This document shows, in pieces, positions 29,693 to 44,271 of a DNA stretch of 64,000 nucleotides (its first letter is position 1; each line of letters opens with the position of its first letter). Made by a program: the position numbers and the translations under genes. Location of the stretch: the NCBI RefSeq assembly GCF_009914755.1, contig NC_060940.1; one strand, 5' to 3'. The stretch is from the human T2T-CHM13v2.0 reference genome, Homo sapiens. The notes beneath the pieces are model-generated. The model worked only from the letters and a program-made list of their open reading frames with translations. It made no database searches and was not told where the DNA came from.

Positions 29693-30437
29693 TTATCTGT
29701 GAAAACCAGTAAAGAAGTAGAACTTTATAGACAGGGGCTCACAGTATATATTTTTAAAAATCTGTATGGGATGCTTGTTAGCACAACAAATTTACACACT
29801 GCTCTGCCAACACTCTCAGCCACAGCTACCTATCAGAAGGTTATGAAGACTAGAAGAAAAACACATAAGTTATGTCCTGGACTGTGCGAACACTCATGAG
29901 CACAGCCAGAAACTACAGCTGGATGTTCACCGACAGCCAGCTATCCAAGGTTTTTGACCTTGGACAATGAGCAGGGGTTGATGGAGATAGCCAGGCCTAG
30001 AGATGGCACCATTTGGAAGATACAAATGGAGATGTCTAGAGGGTGCTGGCAGTAAGCTTCTGCAAGGACCCCATTGGAAAGGGAGCCAAATTGTTTCTGT
30101 TATCTCAGGGAACACCTTGATTCTGAAAGACAGTGAGAGAGCATAAGGCTACCTAAGACTTCTGGAAAGATGAATACAACTATTAATATCAGAGCTGCGG
30201 CCTCAAGAACAGCCGGGATTCTCCCTAATGACAAGAGGGTGGACGGTCTCTCTGCATCCCTTTCCTCAAGCCTTTTGTTCAACGCTTTTCATTGTATGCC
30301 CCGAAAGAGAGCAGTTTTAAGCATCTGCGATGTAGTAGGGTCACCTGATATGAGTGAGAGAGAGAGAGAGAGAAAGAGAGAAATGAAATCAAATGGTGTG
30401 GGTGATTCCAGTTGCCTTCTTGTTAGCAAGAGTGTAT

Positions 30438-31881
30438 ACCATCAGTTTTGCGATAACACAACATATGTGTTCCTAAAAATCACCACTCTGTGTAAAATCA
30501 CACAATATAAACCATGGGACTTAAGGGGAAAATGGGATTAAAAGCACCACACTAAAAAGTTTCATCAGTGACACATTTAAAAAAATACAGTTTTACACAC
30601 GTTAAATGATTAAGAAATACATAAATACTACAGGAGAGATAACCCTTTACCTTGAAGAAGTTCACAAGTTTGCTTGGGGAAGGACACGTCTGAAGGGTTG
30701 TGTCTTGTGTGTTATTGTGATGGGATAGACAAGGGGACTTACCTGAAACCAGATGGTAAATGGTAACACCAGATGTGGGTGGGTATGACTCAGGAACACA
30801 TGCTGTGAATTGACGTAGCAGGTAAGTGTTTGAGGTGTGTGCTTGTGTGTGTGTATTTGTGTATTTTTATGCAGCTCAATTTTGCTGGATAGAGTTTTCG
30901 GTGTTAACTTAGTGAGTTTTTTTTTTTTTTAAGTGAAATCGAGCATGAGCAAATGTGAAATCCGCATTATGCTCAAATCGTTCCCTAGTTTTTTTAGCTC
31001 CCACATATGAGTGAGAACATGTGATATTTGTCTTTCTGTGTCTGGCTTATTTCGCTTAACATAATGTCCCTCCAGTTCCACCCATGTTGTTGCAAATGAC
31101 AGGATTTCATTCTTTGTGTAGCTGAATAATATTCCATTGTATCTATGGTACCACAGTGGCTTTCTTCATTCCTCCGTTAGTGGACATGAAGGTGGCTTCC
31201 ATTCCTTGGCTATTGTGAGCAGTGCTGCAATGAACATAGAGGTGCAGACCTCTTCTTTATAAGGGTTTTCTTTTCTTTGGGAGAGAGCCAGCAGAAGGAT
31301 TGCTGGATCATATGGTAGTTTTATTTTTAGTTTTCCGAGGAACCTCCATACTGTTCCCCAGAGTGGCTATACTAATTTGCATTCTCAACAACAGCGTATA
31401 AGGATTCCCCTTTCTCCACATCCTGGCCAGTATTCATTATTGGACTTACAGAGATAGAGTGGAATGATGGTTGCCAGAGGCTGAGAAGGGTAGCCCGGAG
31501 TGGGGAGAGATTGGGGATGGTTAATGGGTGTAAAAATACAGTTGATAGAATGAATGAGGTCTAATGTTTGGTGTCATAATAGGGTGAGTATAGTTAACTA
31601 TATTTTAGTGTATTTTCTAAAATAACTAAAAGAGTGGAATTAGAATGTTCCTAACACAAAGAAATGGTAAACGCTTGAGGTGATGGATACCCCAGTTACC
31701 TTAATTTGATCCTTACACATTGCCTGCCTGTATCAAAACATCACATGTACCCCGTACATATGTACATCTATTTTGTGTCCATGATAATTAAAAATAAAGA
31801 AAATTTTTAAAATTGTTCCATACTCTGTCAACTCATGGACATACATTTGCATGTTCAAAACAAGCATTATGGAATTGACTA
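30438..31881. mobile_element. Tigger13a-like TcMar DNA transposon, interrupted by an L1
   Basis: Ends CAGTTTTGCGATAAC...TTCCTAAAAATCACC and TTCAAAACAAGCATTATGGAATTGAC resemble Tigger13a termini as recalled. Confidence 0.7.
30989..31808 (+). mobile_element. L1MA 3' end with 5' inversion (twin priming)
   Basis: 30989-31441 antisense ORF2 end; 31442-31808 sense 3'UTR plus A tail; TSD AAATCGTTCCCTA / AAATTGTTCCATA. Confidence 0.88.
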
Positions 31882-32548
31882 CAACTTAGAGCATGAGATG
31901 GGGCATAAATATTGAGGGTCCCCTAGGTCAACTCAGGTCCCCATTGTGAACATGTCAGAGTATTGGAAGAGACCACAGTTCCCCTCTACCTTGAATGCAA
32001 ACCAGCCCCTTCATCATGTGCCCAACTGCATTAAAAACAAAACAAAACAAACAAAAAAACATACCTTGAGTTGGGAGAAACACATAGCTATGTCAGATCA
32101 TTAACCAGTTTCTAACGGAGCAACTTCCTAGGGAAGGGTATGTTTGAATCCACTGGATGTTTTTGCTTTACACATTTATTTAGAGCCTAATTTTCACATG
32201 GCTGTGTCTCTACTGTTCTCTTATCTCAGGTATCGATGCCCTGAGATAACTTCATTCCAACAATCAAAACTTGTCTAGGAAGACCTGATTGCTCTGAGAG
32301 ATTTGCCTTGTGATTTGATCATTTCTTGCCATCCCCATTGACTGGCGATCTTCATGGCAGCTTTAAAGGTGCTTTGAGGTTATTCAATCCATCTTCTTTC
32401 TTTTAGAAAGGAGGACACCGAGGCTTGGAGGGAAAAAAAGACTTCACTCAAGAACTTAAGACAAAGGCTGTTTCACAGATAACTCATGCACCTCTAGAGT
32501 TTTCTTATGGAAATGCTTAACAGTATCCCTGTTGGGTCAGTTTCTTTC

Positions 32549-33819
<1,271 letters not shown>

Positions 33820-36124
33820 TCTGCTTCTTTCATCTATTGTGTATCTCAAGGCAAAGCAACCTGCCTATGCCTGATCCCTGCATACACAAACACAGAGAAA
33901 TCATATTAACTCTCAACCTGTTGGTGGCTCTGCCAGTTCTGTTTTGTTTCTTTTTTTTTTTTTTTTTCGTGAATGACTAACAATCTACCATCAGAAATGA
34001 CATTCATAAAATTATTTCTTTCTACAGTTATTTCTTTGTTTCTTTTCATCTCTAAACATGTCTTATTAAGTACAGGGTGGGGAGAACACAGTTATTCCTA
34101 TTACCACTGATGTTGTTGATACTCAACTTTGGAATCTTCCCTTTTCCTCCCCTACCCTCACCTCATCTTTCACCAAATTCTTCACAAGGAGAGTTTTACA
34201 AGCTTTAAACTGCTTCCATTTTACAGTGGGGAAAATGGGAATACAAAATTTGGACATGGATTGGTAATTTCATGAGTCAATGTTGCGACAAGATTGACAG
34301 CAGCTTCTGTGACCACTCATCCAGATGTATTACTGAAAACATGAGGGTGCAATGTTGTGGGGAATCCACCTTTGTTATGTTTTTTTCTAGAAGGGCCTAG
34401 AAGCTTCTGAACTTGCTAGGCACTTGGGAGAAAATTGATTAAATAAAAATAATGAAATCCATTCCACCAACAAAAATAGACTGAATTATTGTTTAACAGA
34501 AATTGGAACTAATGTTCTAGGGAGGTTATTTGAACCCAGGCATAGAAGTGGGAGCATCATGATGGTCAGGGAAGAAAGCAGGTGACATTAGAGACTAATT
34601 TGTAGGCACATATACAGTGTCCTTAAAATGAGCCATTTATGGGGTAAAGAAAAGCTGATCAAATTGAGATATTTTAGAAAGTATGCAGTGTGAAGGGGTT
34701 GATTTCTTTATAATGTTTTTAATTGAGTTGGATGACCTTATTGACAATGGATGCCTTTTGTCAGCACGTTGTGTGTGTGTGCCTGCGTGTGTGTTCCTCA
34801 TAAACCCGTAGCTTTCTGCAAAAAGGGCATTCCAAAAGAAAGAGGTGAAAGAAAAATGCATAAATGCACGATAACACACGATTAAGTTTTGACCCCATAG
34901 ATTGTTAACCTTCAAAGCTAACTCTGCAGTAGCACAATATTATTAGCAATAAAAGGAATTTGCTTTGCCCTTTTTTAAATTACCATAAACCGATTGACTG
35001 AGACAGAATGATGTTAATATTTAAGAAGTAGGACACTAGATTCTATTATCTCAGAAGCTCTGTCACCAGGCCCTCTCTGTAGTCCTGTTATCTAATTATT
35101 GGGCTTAAATTGCATTAGTGTGCTAGCAATTTGTCTACCATTGGAAAAGTAATTGACATTTGGGTTACTGCTTCATATATGGGAGACTTGCTAGCTAGTT
35201 CCGAAGAGTCCTCTTCTGTCAGGGCAGATTAGCTTAATGTTGCCTAGAAGAAAGGGAAGCTCTGTGTTTTAAGGTATGCTGCCTCTGTAGCTGGTTGCAA
35301 TTTGGTATTAAAATTTCAGTTCTGCATCAAAGCTGATAAGTCACCTGAGATGAAATTGAACAAGGTTGTCGTGACAAAGTAATTAACGGCATTTTTTGAC
35401 TTTCAGATGACTTTAGGGGAAGCACACTTCTTCTCTGCGTCTGCTTCTGCTGCCATGTTTATAAATATGTATGCACATTTACAAAACATCTTTAACTGTT
35501 GTCAGATGTTTCTGCAGGCTCCAGATTTATGGTTCCCCTGAATGAAATAGCACCAGGTACATTTGGTGTACAGCAGTGATCTGGCATTGACGGTAAAGGC
35601 TGTGAGTCTTCATAATATTTCAATCATATTTTGCTTCTCCTGACACCACACATCACTGATAGGCACTCTCTCTTTTTTCTATTTCTTTGTATAAAAATGG
35701 AAAGTGGTGTGTTTGGTTATTCTATTTCTAGACTTTTTTTCTGCTCAACTGGTTTTGGTTTGTTTAAGAGAAGACTTTAAGTACATTCACAAATATTTTG
35801 CATTTCCCTTTGAACAAGAGCCTACGAGATCATACTTTTTTTTTTTTTTTTTTTTGGCTATGTGGAGAGCGTACCTGGAAAACAGATGATTTTGATGTTT
35901 TTGATAGCCAGTGCACCTGAAAGTCACAGGCTTCTTTCACTTAGATCTGGAGTATATGTATTCTAGGGTCATCTAAAGAGCAGAACATAGAGATAGCCAG
36001 CCACTATTTTCTTTAATGTGCAAACTGAAGATGAGGCTGAAAAGTATTCAGAAATTGATTTTAAAAGTTGATGTTTCTGTCTTTTAAGGCACAGGTCAAA
36101 TCTGACTCAGGAAGAAAACTTCTT

Positions 36125-36565
36125 ACTATGATTTGAGCCTCCTCTCTTGCCTCTCTCCCCTGGCTCACTTTAGCGTTCTTGGCTTCCTTTCAGTTCTATG
36201 GGCAAGCCAGGCTCTTTCCCGCTGCCAGGACGTTGTGTGTGCTGTTCCTGTTACCTGGGCCGCTCTTTCCTGCTTACTTTGCCAAGCTAGTTACCTCCTA
36301 TCCTTCAGGAATCTGCTGAAGCATCATGTCCTTAGAGGTCTGGTTACTTCCTGCTCTGCTCCAGTTGTTCTCAATCTCAGTGTGATTGCTTCCTTCTCAA
36401 TTCTTGCTATGATAAACAACTAATGTATTTACTCATTTTTTGTCATCCGCTTTCCTCACCAAAACACAGGCTCCCTGATGGCAGAGGTATCATCTGTCCT
36501 CCTTGTCCCTATATCTCCAGGAGCTGGCGATATTAAATGTTCAATGTTTGTTGAATATATTAAAT
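36125..36565 (+). mobile_element. L2 3' fragment
   Basis: GCTGTTCCTGTTACCTGG...TCCTTCAGG...ATGTTTGTTGAAT. Confidence 0.6.
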
Positions 36566-36593
36566 TAAACCTTTCCCAAATTTCCACCACAAT

Positions 36594-36735
36594 ACATTTT
36601 TTAACTTTTCATTTTGAAATAATTATACACTCATCAGAAGTTGCAAAGATAATACAAATGAGTCCCATATACTCATCACCCAGCTTCCCCTGTTGTAACC
36701 TCTTACATCAGACTAGCACAATATTAATACCAGAA
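36594..36735 (-). mobile_element. L1MC/MD 3' end fragment
   Basis: TTTTGAAATAATTATA...GAAGTTGCAAAGATAATACA...ACCCAGCTTCCCC. Confidence 0.65.
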
Positions 36736-37655
36736 GGTGCAGCAGGCTCTCCCTCCCTTTTACTTTAATGGTGGGTGATTTCAACAGGCAACTGTTATTT
36801 GCTTAATGTAATCCTTCGCTATTTTATATTTTGGGACATTTTATCTCCCCTTTTCTGATGCTTCCTTCAAGGACAACATCAGCTTTTTCAGCACATGGTG
36901 AGCACGTTGTAATACACTTAATTCTTAAGATAGTGAACTGGAATGTGATCAGAAAGCTACTTTTTTTTTTTTTTCAGGTGCACTTGCTTAAAAAAAAATT
37001 AAAAGGTAAACAGTCTCAAGTTTTATTTGGAGTTGCTGAGAAGTTTACCCAGCACACATTTTAGCTATGACCCCCTGCATTCCTGCCAAGCAGGCTCCTG
37101 ACTTGGGTCACCCATGACAGTGATCAAAATTAACCCTGCTGCTGCTGGACTCTTTCGTTTCCCTGTCTTTTCCCTTTAGCTTTCTAGTGCTGTTAGTGGC
37201 TTCTGAGACTCTCCTTGTTCAGTGAAGCATTTTGCATAAGGCACACTTTATCTTTTATCTCCAAAGAAATGGCAGTTAATGCAATCTATAGAAAGCCATA
37301 AATGAGGCTGATAAAATTATCTAGCAGCCAAAAGGTTGCTGCACTCATTTATCTCTGCATAATTCAGAAGCTAAACGACAAGATTAGGAAGAGGCAATCC
37401 GTTTGACAGAGGTGTTACTGGAATGATGAAAATCAAGGTGGTTTTTGTTTTTTCCCTCTTACATTTTGTGGGGAGGTGGTTAAGAGAGGGCTGAAGAAGA
37501 AGAGATTCAAGGAGAGCTCGGTTTCTAAAATTTTTCTCTTGGGCCCAAAACATACCTAAGAAACAGAATGCCATATATTAATTTAATTATTTGCCTATTG
37601 AATAATAATGCCCTTCCCATTTGATGTGCAGATTGTAGAAAGGTGACAGTAGAGA

Positions 37656-37873
37656 TTTTATTTTATTTTATTTATTTTTTGAGACAGGGCCTCACTCTGT
37701 CACTCAGGCTGGAGTGCAGTGGTGCGCACGTAAGTAACTGTAGCCTCAAAGCCCTGGGCTCAGGGGATCCTCCTACCTCAGCCTGTTGCGTAGCTGGGAC
37801 TACAGATGTATGGCACCACATCCAGCTAATTAAAAAAAAATTTTTTTCAGAGACAGCCTGTTGCCTAGGCTGA
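37656..37873 (-). mobile_element. Partial Alu (AluJ right arm plus linker)
   Basis: GAGACAGGGCCTCACTCTGTCACTCAGGCTGGAGTGCAGTGG...GCTGGGACTACAG. Confidence 0.88.
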
Positions 37874-37972
37874 GTGATGAAATTTTAAAATGTGACTCCA
37901 AATTATCGGTTTACTTCAGAATTTTTTTTAACATTAGGGAGATGTTGTAGTGATTAATCTCCCTTAAAATTT

Positions 37973-38043
37973 TTATGTGTGTATATGTGTATATATGTGT
38001 GTGTATACATATATATGTGTACATATATGTGTGTATATATATA
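37973..38043. repeat. (TA/TG)n compound microsatellite
   Basis: Directly visible. Confidence 0.9.
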
Positions 38044-39960
38044 GTCTGGCGGTCAACAGTTCCTTTAATTTCTCTGCATAAAAACTAAATGATAGTATAT
38101 AATGAAGTGTAACATTATAATTATATATATTATGTTTTATATAATGTAGAGTATGATCCATTTTTTGTAAAACTATAAGTTTAAAAAAATACTGATTACT
38201 GATAATGAGTGATACATATTTCTGGGTGATGGGATATGGAATTTTTTTTTAACTTTTGCTTTATACATGTGTGCTTTGTTTAATTTTTTTGTTGAAAGCA
38301 AACACCTATTGCATTGAGGGAATATATTACAATCATTGGGAAGAGTATTTTGTCAGGGGTAGAAGCCGTTTATTTATTCATTCAGCAAGCACGTGCTTAG
38401 TGCCTAAGGTGTGTCTGAAGTTGAGTAGACATTTAGTGGAGGGTAAGCCCAAAGAGTCCCTGCCCCTTTGGAGGTCAAGGCTTTGTCTGTCCCCATCTGG
38501 GAACAGGGACTCTTACAGACACAATTCTCTCCCCTTTATCTTACAAAGTGCCTGATGTAGATCAATCAACCCATGTCCGCTGACGGTGTCGTGAAGAAAT
38601 ACGTAGCGCTGCACAGTGGCCATGTTTTAATCGTTCTGCAATTTAGAAATTCAAATGAATGGCCACTGCTTTAAAGAGTCAGAACCTTCCATATTTAAAA
38701 AAAAATATGCATTTCTGGTTCTTCTTGGAAAATTGGAGTCTGGCCAAACACTGCCTTCCCTTCCTATCAAGGCAAGGATTGATGTGAAGTAGTGGCTTCT
38801 GTCTTCGCATGAGGTATAGCCTATGTGGTTTTCCCCAGTCCCCACCACTTCCTAGAGTGTTCCCCCTACAAGGAGGCTAAGTATCTGTTTATCTTCAGGC
38901 CATATATTGTGTTACACTTGCTCACTTCCCCCATTTTTTTTTTGTGACCCAACTGGGTCTTTGAAGCATTTATGCTTTTTGTCCTGTATCTTACAACCTT
39001 GAAGGATAATTTTGAAAATGTTTGTGTTATAAAATTGGAAACTTTGCACTGTTTTGAGAAGAGGAGAGGACAACATAGAAAGCAGGACAAACCTGTGACA
39101 GGAGAAGTCTCAGCATTTACTTTAAAGGTGAAATCTGAGCCCTTACTCCTCAAGTAGGGAGTTTGGTTGGTGTGAAGCTGCTGGAGAATGTGAAGGCATC
39201 TTCACAAACAAGCAAAACACCAGGGAAGAGGGGCCACGTTTTGTGGAATTAACCTAACTTTTCAGCTGTCTTTAGCAGTTGGGGTTACATTATGTTCCCC
39301 TGGGTTGTGTGTGTTTCTTCTGCATCAGGAGAGATCCCTGCCCACCTTCAGAGAAACTTAATAATAAACAAAGAATGTACATCACTTCCAAACTTCCTTG
39401 TTAATCCGTCTATTTCCTTAGTTGAGGTTGAGCTTAATGCCGTCTCATCTAATACACGTAACCTCTCCGGTATCAGGGGCCAAGGCCAAGCAGGCAATTT
39501 GCAGATAAAGTCAAACATAATTAAGCAGTAAAAACTCTGACCATACAGGTGGAATGAATGAATCCACCAATTGTGATCCTGCCACCATCCTCCTGCCCTA
39601 AAACTCAACTTGCTTTTCTCCTGAGACCTTCTGAATAGCAGGAAAGCTAAGCACAGACTGTCTGATCTTCAGAAAGGGAGGGGCAAGCCATTGTCACTGG
39701 ATGATTGAATTATTCCTTGTCTGGAAGCAGGTCGTGAACCAGATGATGTCTCAGGTTCTTCCAGCCTGAGAGGTTTTAGCTGCTTGTCCTACAGTGAGGC
39801 AGAGGGAATCGATAGAAACATGGTATGAAGGTCTATGCTCAGTTTCTTATTAGTTTCATTGCTTAATTCCTGCTTAAGCATCTGCTGCTATTATTGGTGA
39901 CAAGAGCTTGTATTTCTGTCTCTAGACTTTTTGTTTGTTTTTTTACTTTAAAAGATTTTA

Positions 39961-40409
<449 letters not shown>

Positions 40410-40424
40410 AGAAATCTTACAAAG

Positions 40425-40740
40425 GGATCAGACACAGTGGCTCACTCCTATAATCCCAGCACTTTAAGAAGCTGAGACAAGAGGATCACTTGAGCCCAGG
40501 AGTTTGAGACCAGGCTGGGTAATGTAGCGAGACCCTGTCTCTACAAAAAATTAGCTGGGTGAGATGGTGCATGTCTGTGGTCCCAACTACTTGGTAGGCT
40601 GAGCTGGGAGGATCACTTGAACCCTGGAAGGTTGAGGCTGCATTGAGCTGTGATTGTGCCACTGCACTCCAGTGCCTGGGTGACACAGTGAGACTCCCTC
40701 TCAACAAAAAAAAAGAAAAGAAAAGAAAAGAAAAAGATTA
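40425..40740 (+). mobile_element. Alu (AluJ-like)
   Basis: GGATCACTTGAGCCCAGG J-type features; (GAAAA)n tail. Confidence 0.93.
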
Positions 40741-41205
40741 AAAAAGGAATCTTATGAAGATCTCGTAATAATGCCTGATTCTTCAAAGACATGGGCACAG
40801 ACTTGTCAGCTCCAGGCAGTCCTTAAGTGAACGGTGCAATAGCCCTAGAGGTGTCAGCTCAGCTGATACCACTTTCTCTTAGGAAAACACAAGGTCTTTT
40901 TTTGTGTTTTCTTTGAGGGGGCCTTGCATTCCAAGTGTGCAGTTGAGAAACTGAACGTTACAGGATCAGCTGAACCAAGTAGAGGGAAGAAACCCTTTGG
41001 TTTTGACACTGAAGAAAACACACATAGCACTGGGGCAAACTACTGATGGAAAACATCAAGAAAGATCTTAGACCCTTACTCCAGGGGATGTGGCCTAACG
41101 GCAGACTGGACAGTAACCATGAGACAGAGTGTTTTTGCTTCCATGAGACAGAGTGTTTTCTTCTTCTTTTTTTTTTTTTTTGGTTAGTGCCTGAAATCTA
41201 GTTAA

Positions 41206-41505
41206 CTTTTTTTTTTTTTTTTTTGGGATGGAGTCTCGCTTTGTCGCCCAGGCTGGAGGGCAGTGGCACGATCTCCGCTCACTGCAAGCTCCACCTCCTG
41301 GGTTCATGCCATTCTTCTACCTCAGCCTCCCAGGTAGCTGAGACTACAGGTGCCCACCACCACACCCGGCTAATTTTTTGTACATTTAGTAGAGACAGGG
41401 TTTCTTCGTGTTAGCCAGGATGGTCTTGATCTCCTGACCACGTGATCCACCCGCCTCTGCCTCCCAAAGTGCTGGGATTACAGGCGTGAGCCACCTCGCC
41501 CAGCC
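41206..41505 (-). mobile_element. Alu (AluY-like)
   Basis: CTGCAAGCTCC and GCCATTC Y-type diagnostics; TSD AATCTAGTTAACT. Confidence 0.95.
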
Positions 41506-41797
41506 AATCTAGTTAACTCTTGGTCTTCTACATGTGTTAGAATGGTTTTAGCTTTATTGACAGAAAATTTGAATAAGGGTAGCTTCAGCAATATGTCAGG
41601 TCCCCGTTTGTAAAGCAAGCTGAGAGAAGTACCTCTTTTCTCTCTAGGTATGGCCTTTCCTGTCTTTGAGTTTAGGATAGCTATTAAAAATGGAAAGTTA
41701 CACTGGGTCTTGTAATTGTGCTTCTAAGAATTGATTTTGTACATAAATGTGAAACCTATCAAATAAATAACATTCCATCCACTTAAAGGAATACATC

Positions 41798-41799
41798 TT

Positions 41800-41848
<49 letters not shown>

Positions 41849-42135
41849 ACAGAGTCTCGCTCTGTCACTCAGGCTGGAGTGAAGTGGCATGGTCTCAGCT
41901 CACTGCAACCTCTGCCTCCCAGGTTCAAGTAATTCTCATGTCTCAGCCTCCAGAGTAGCTAGGATTACAGGCACACAGCGCCATGCCTGGCTAAGTTTTT
42001 GTATTTTTCTTTTTTAGTAGAGATGGAGTTTTGCCATGTTGGCCAGGCTAGTCTTGAACTCTTGGCCTCAAGTGATCTGCCAACCTCGGCCTCCCAATGT
42101 GTTGAGATTACAGGTATGAGCCACTGTCCTCGGCC
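41798..42135 (-). mobile_element. Alu (AluS/J) with (TTTA)n tail
   Basis: Antisense dimer. Confidence 0.95.
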
Positions 42136-42401
42136 AATATGCTGTTAAGAATGAAACAAAAATCTTTATATGGTATTGACGTTGAAAAATACCTAATATA
42201 CATTGTTAATTGGCGAAAAAAGTTGTATAATAGTATATATACTATGATTACTTTTATGTAAAAGAATTGTATATAGACACATTTGTATAGGTAACATACT
42301 ATATATTTTTAAAATATGCAATACATATGCTATACAATATTTAAAATTACAGATAGGTACACATATATGTGTATGTATGCATTTATAAAGCATATATCCA
42401 C

Positions 42402-42750
<349 letters not shown>

Positions 42751-43780
42751 TTATAATTGAAGATTTCCATAGATAAGACATACTCTTTAATTTTTTCTCC
42801 AAGACATATGTACCCTATTTGTAACCTGAAAAAGGTAAGAAGAAGAGACCAATAGTAAAAAAAAGTCTGTTATTAACGAAGAATTGAAGGGCCACCTACT
42901 TAGAATAGTCGTTTTACATAAAGAGGCAGACCTGAACGGCCTTTTCCCTTAATAAGTGAAGTATGTTAATTTTATATTCACTGTTGTGGTCACCTGGAGA
43001 CATCCCTGCGTTGTAACCTTGTAGGCTTTTAAAAAGTTAAGTCACATCTTCTGTGCCAAAAAGTACCTCATTTTGAACTAAAACCTTCAAAATGGAAGTC
43101 TTGTTATTGAGTTTGATGTCTATTTATTGCTATATATTTGCATTTAAATACAGAAACTATATATTTTTTTCTTTTTTATGACCCAGTGTGTCTTTGGGGA
43201 TAGCTTTATGAGCTCTTTCTTGAACGCTTAATTATTTCTTTCTAGGTGGCTTTGTCATAGGCTGTCATGCTTCATTGAGGTATCAGCTCAGCTGATCTGT
43301 TCCACTTTCTCTTAGGAAAGGCACCATTTTGGGGCCTTCAGTGGGTAACAGATTTCTGAAGCTTCTCTTAGCCCCATTCTGGCAACACTGGGCTGATTTA
43401 CAACCGGCAATATGGAAAACCTCCTAGACAGCTGCCTCAGCTGCATTTGAACTACTGCCTGAGAGTCTCTGGCTGCCTTGACACTCTAACAGACCCTGGC
43501 GGCAAGGCAGGTACCGCCTTCTGCTATGCTGCTGATCATTGCTGAAAAGTTGCGTAAGTCATGCCAATTGTTTATAACATGTATTTAAGCCGTGTATGAA
43601 CCTGGGAGTCATGAGTCTGTGCTCTTATTTCAATGTAATAAAGAGAAGAAGAAATACTGGATGGTTTAAATCATTCTGTGCTTAAGAGCAAAGCTGAGAA
43701 CCACCCCAACTTGTATCCCTCTCCATCCCTTTGTCTACTGAGCGAAAGCGCATTCACCATGCTCAGTCTCTCACTCTAAG

Positions 43781-44012
43781 CCAGGGTTCTCAACCTCATC
43801 ACTGTTGACATTTGGAACTGGACAGTTCTTTGTTATGGGAGGGGATGGGGTCAGGGGATGTCCCATGAATTATTGGATGCTTAGCAGCATCCCAGCTCTC
43901 TACACTCTAGATGCCAGTACAACCCACTCTCCTAATCATGAGAACCAAAATGGCTCTAGATATTGACAAATGTCCCCTGGGAAGCATAATCACCTCTGCT
44001 TGAGAATCACTG
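43781..44012. mobile_element. MER20 (hAT-Charlie)
   Basis: CAGGGTTCTCAACC...TTAGCAGCATCCC...CTAGATGCCAGTA...AAATGTCCCCTGG...TTGAGAATCACTG. Confidence 0.88.
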
Positions 44013-44271
44013 CTTTGTCAGATGTCCCACCCATCTCTCATACTCAAATAAGTGTTTCTTTCACTCCAAGAGCATGAGTGGGTGCCTTGTTCCTAGTTCC
44101 TCAAATGAGACAAACGCGTTGTCATTGAGACGTTGCATGTGTACCTCTCTCCTTCTCTCCCACTGTCTCCATCTCTCTCATGTTTCCCTTCTTGTACCCA
44201 CCAGCCCTACATTGATGTCTTGTTCTTCAGAATCTTTAATATGCTAGTATGCATTAGGAATCTCCAAGGAT

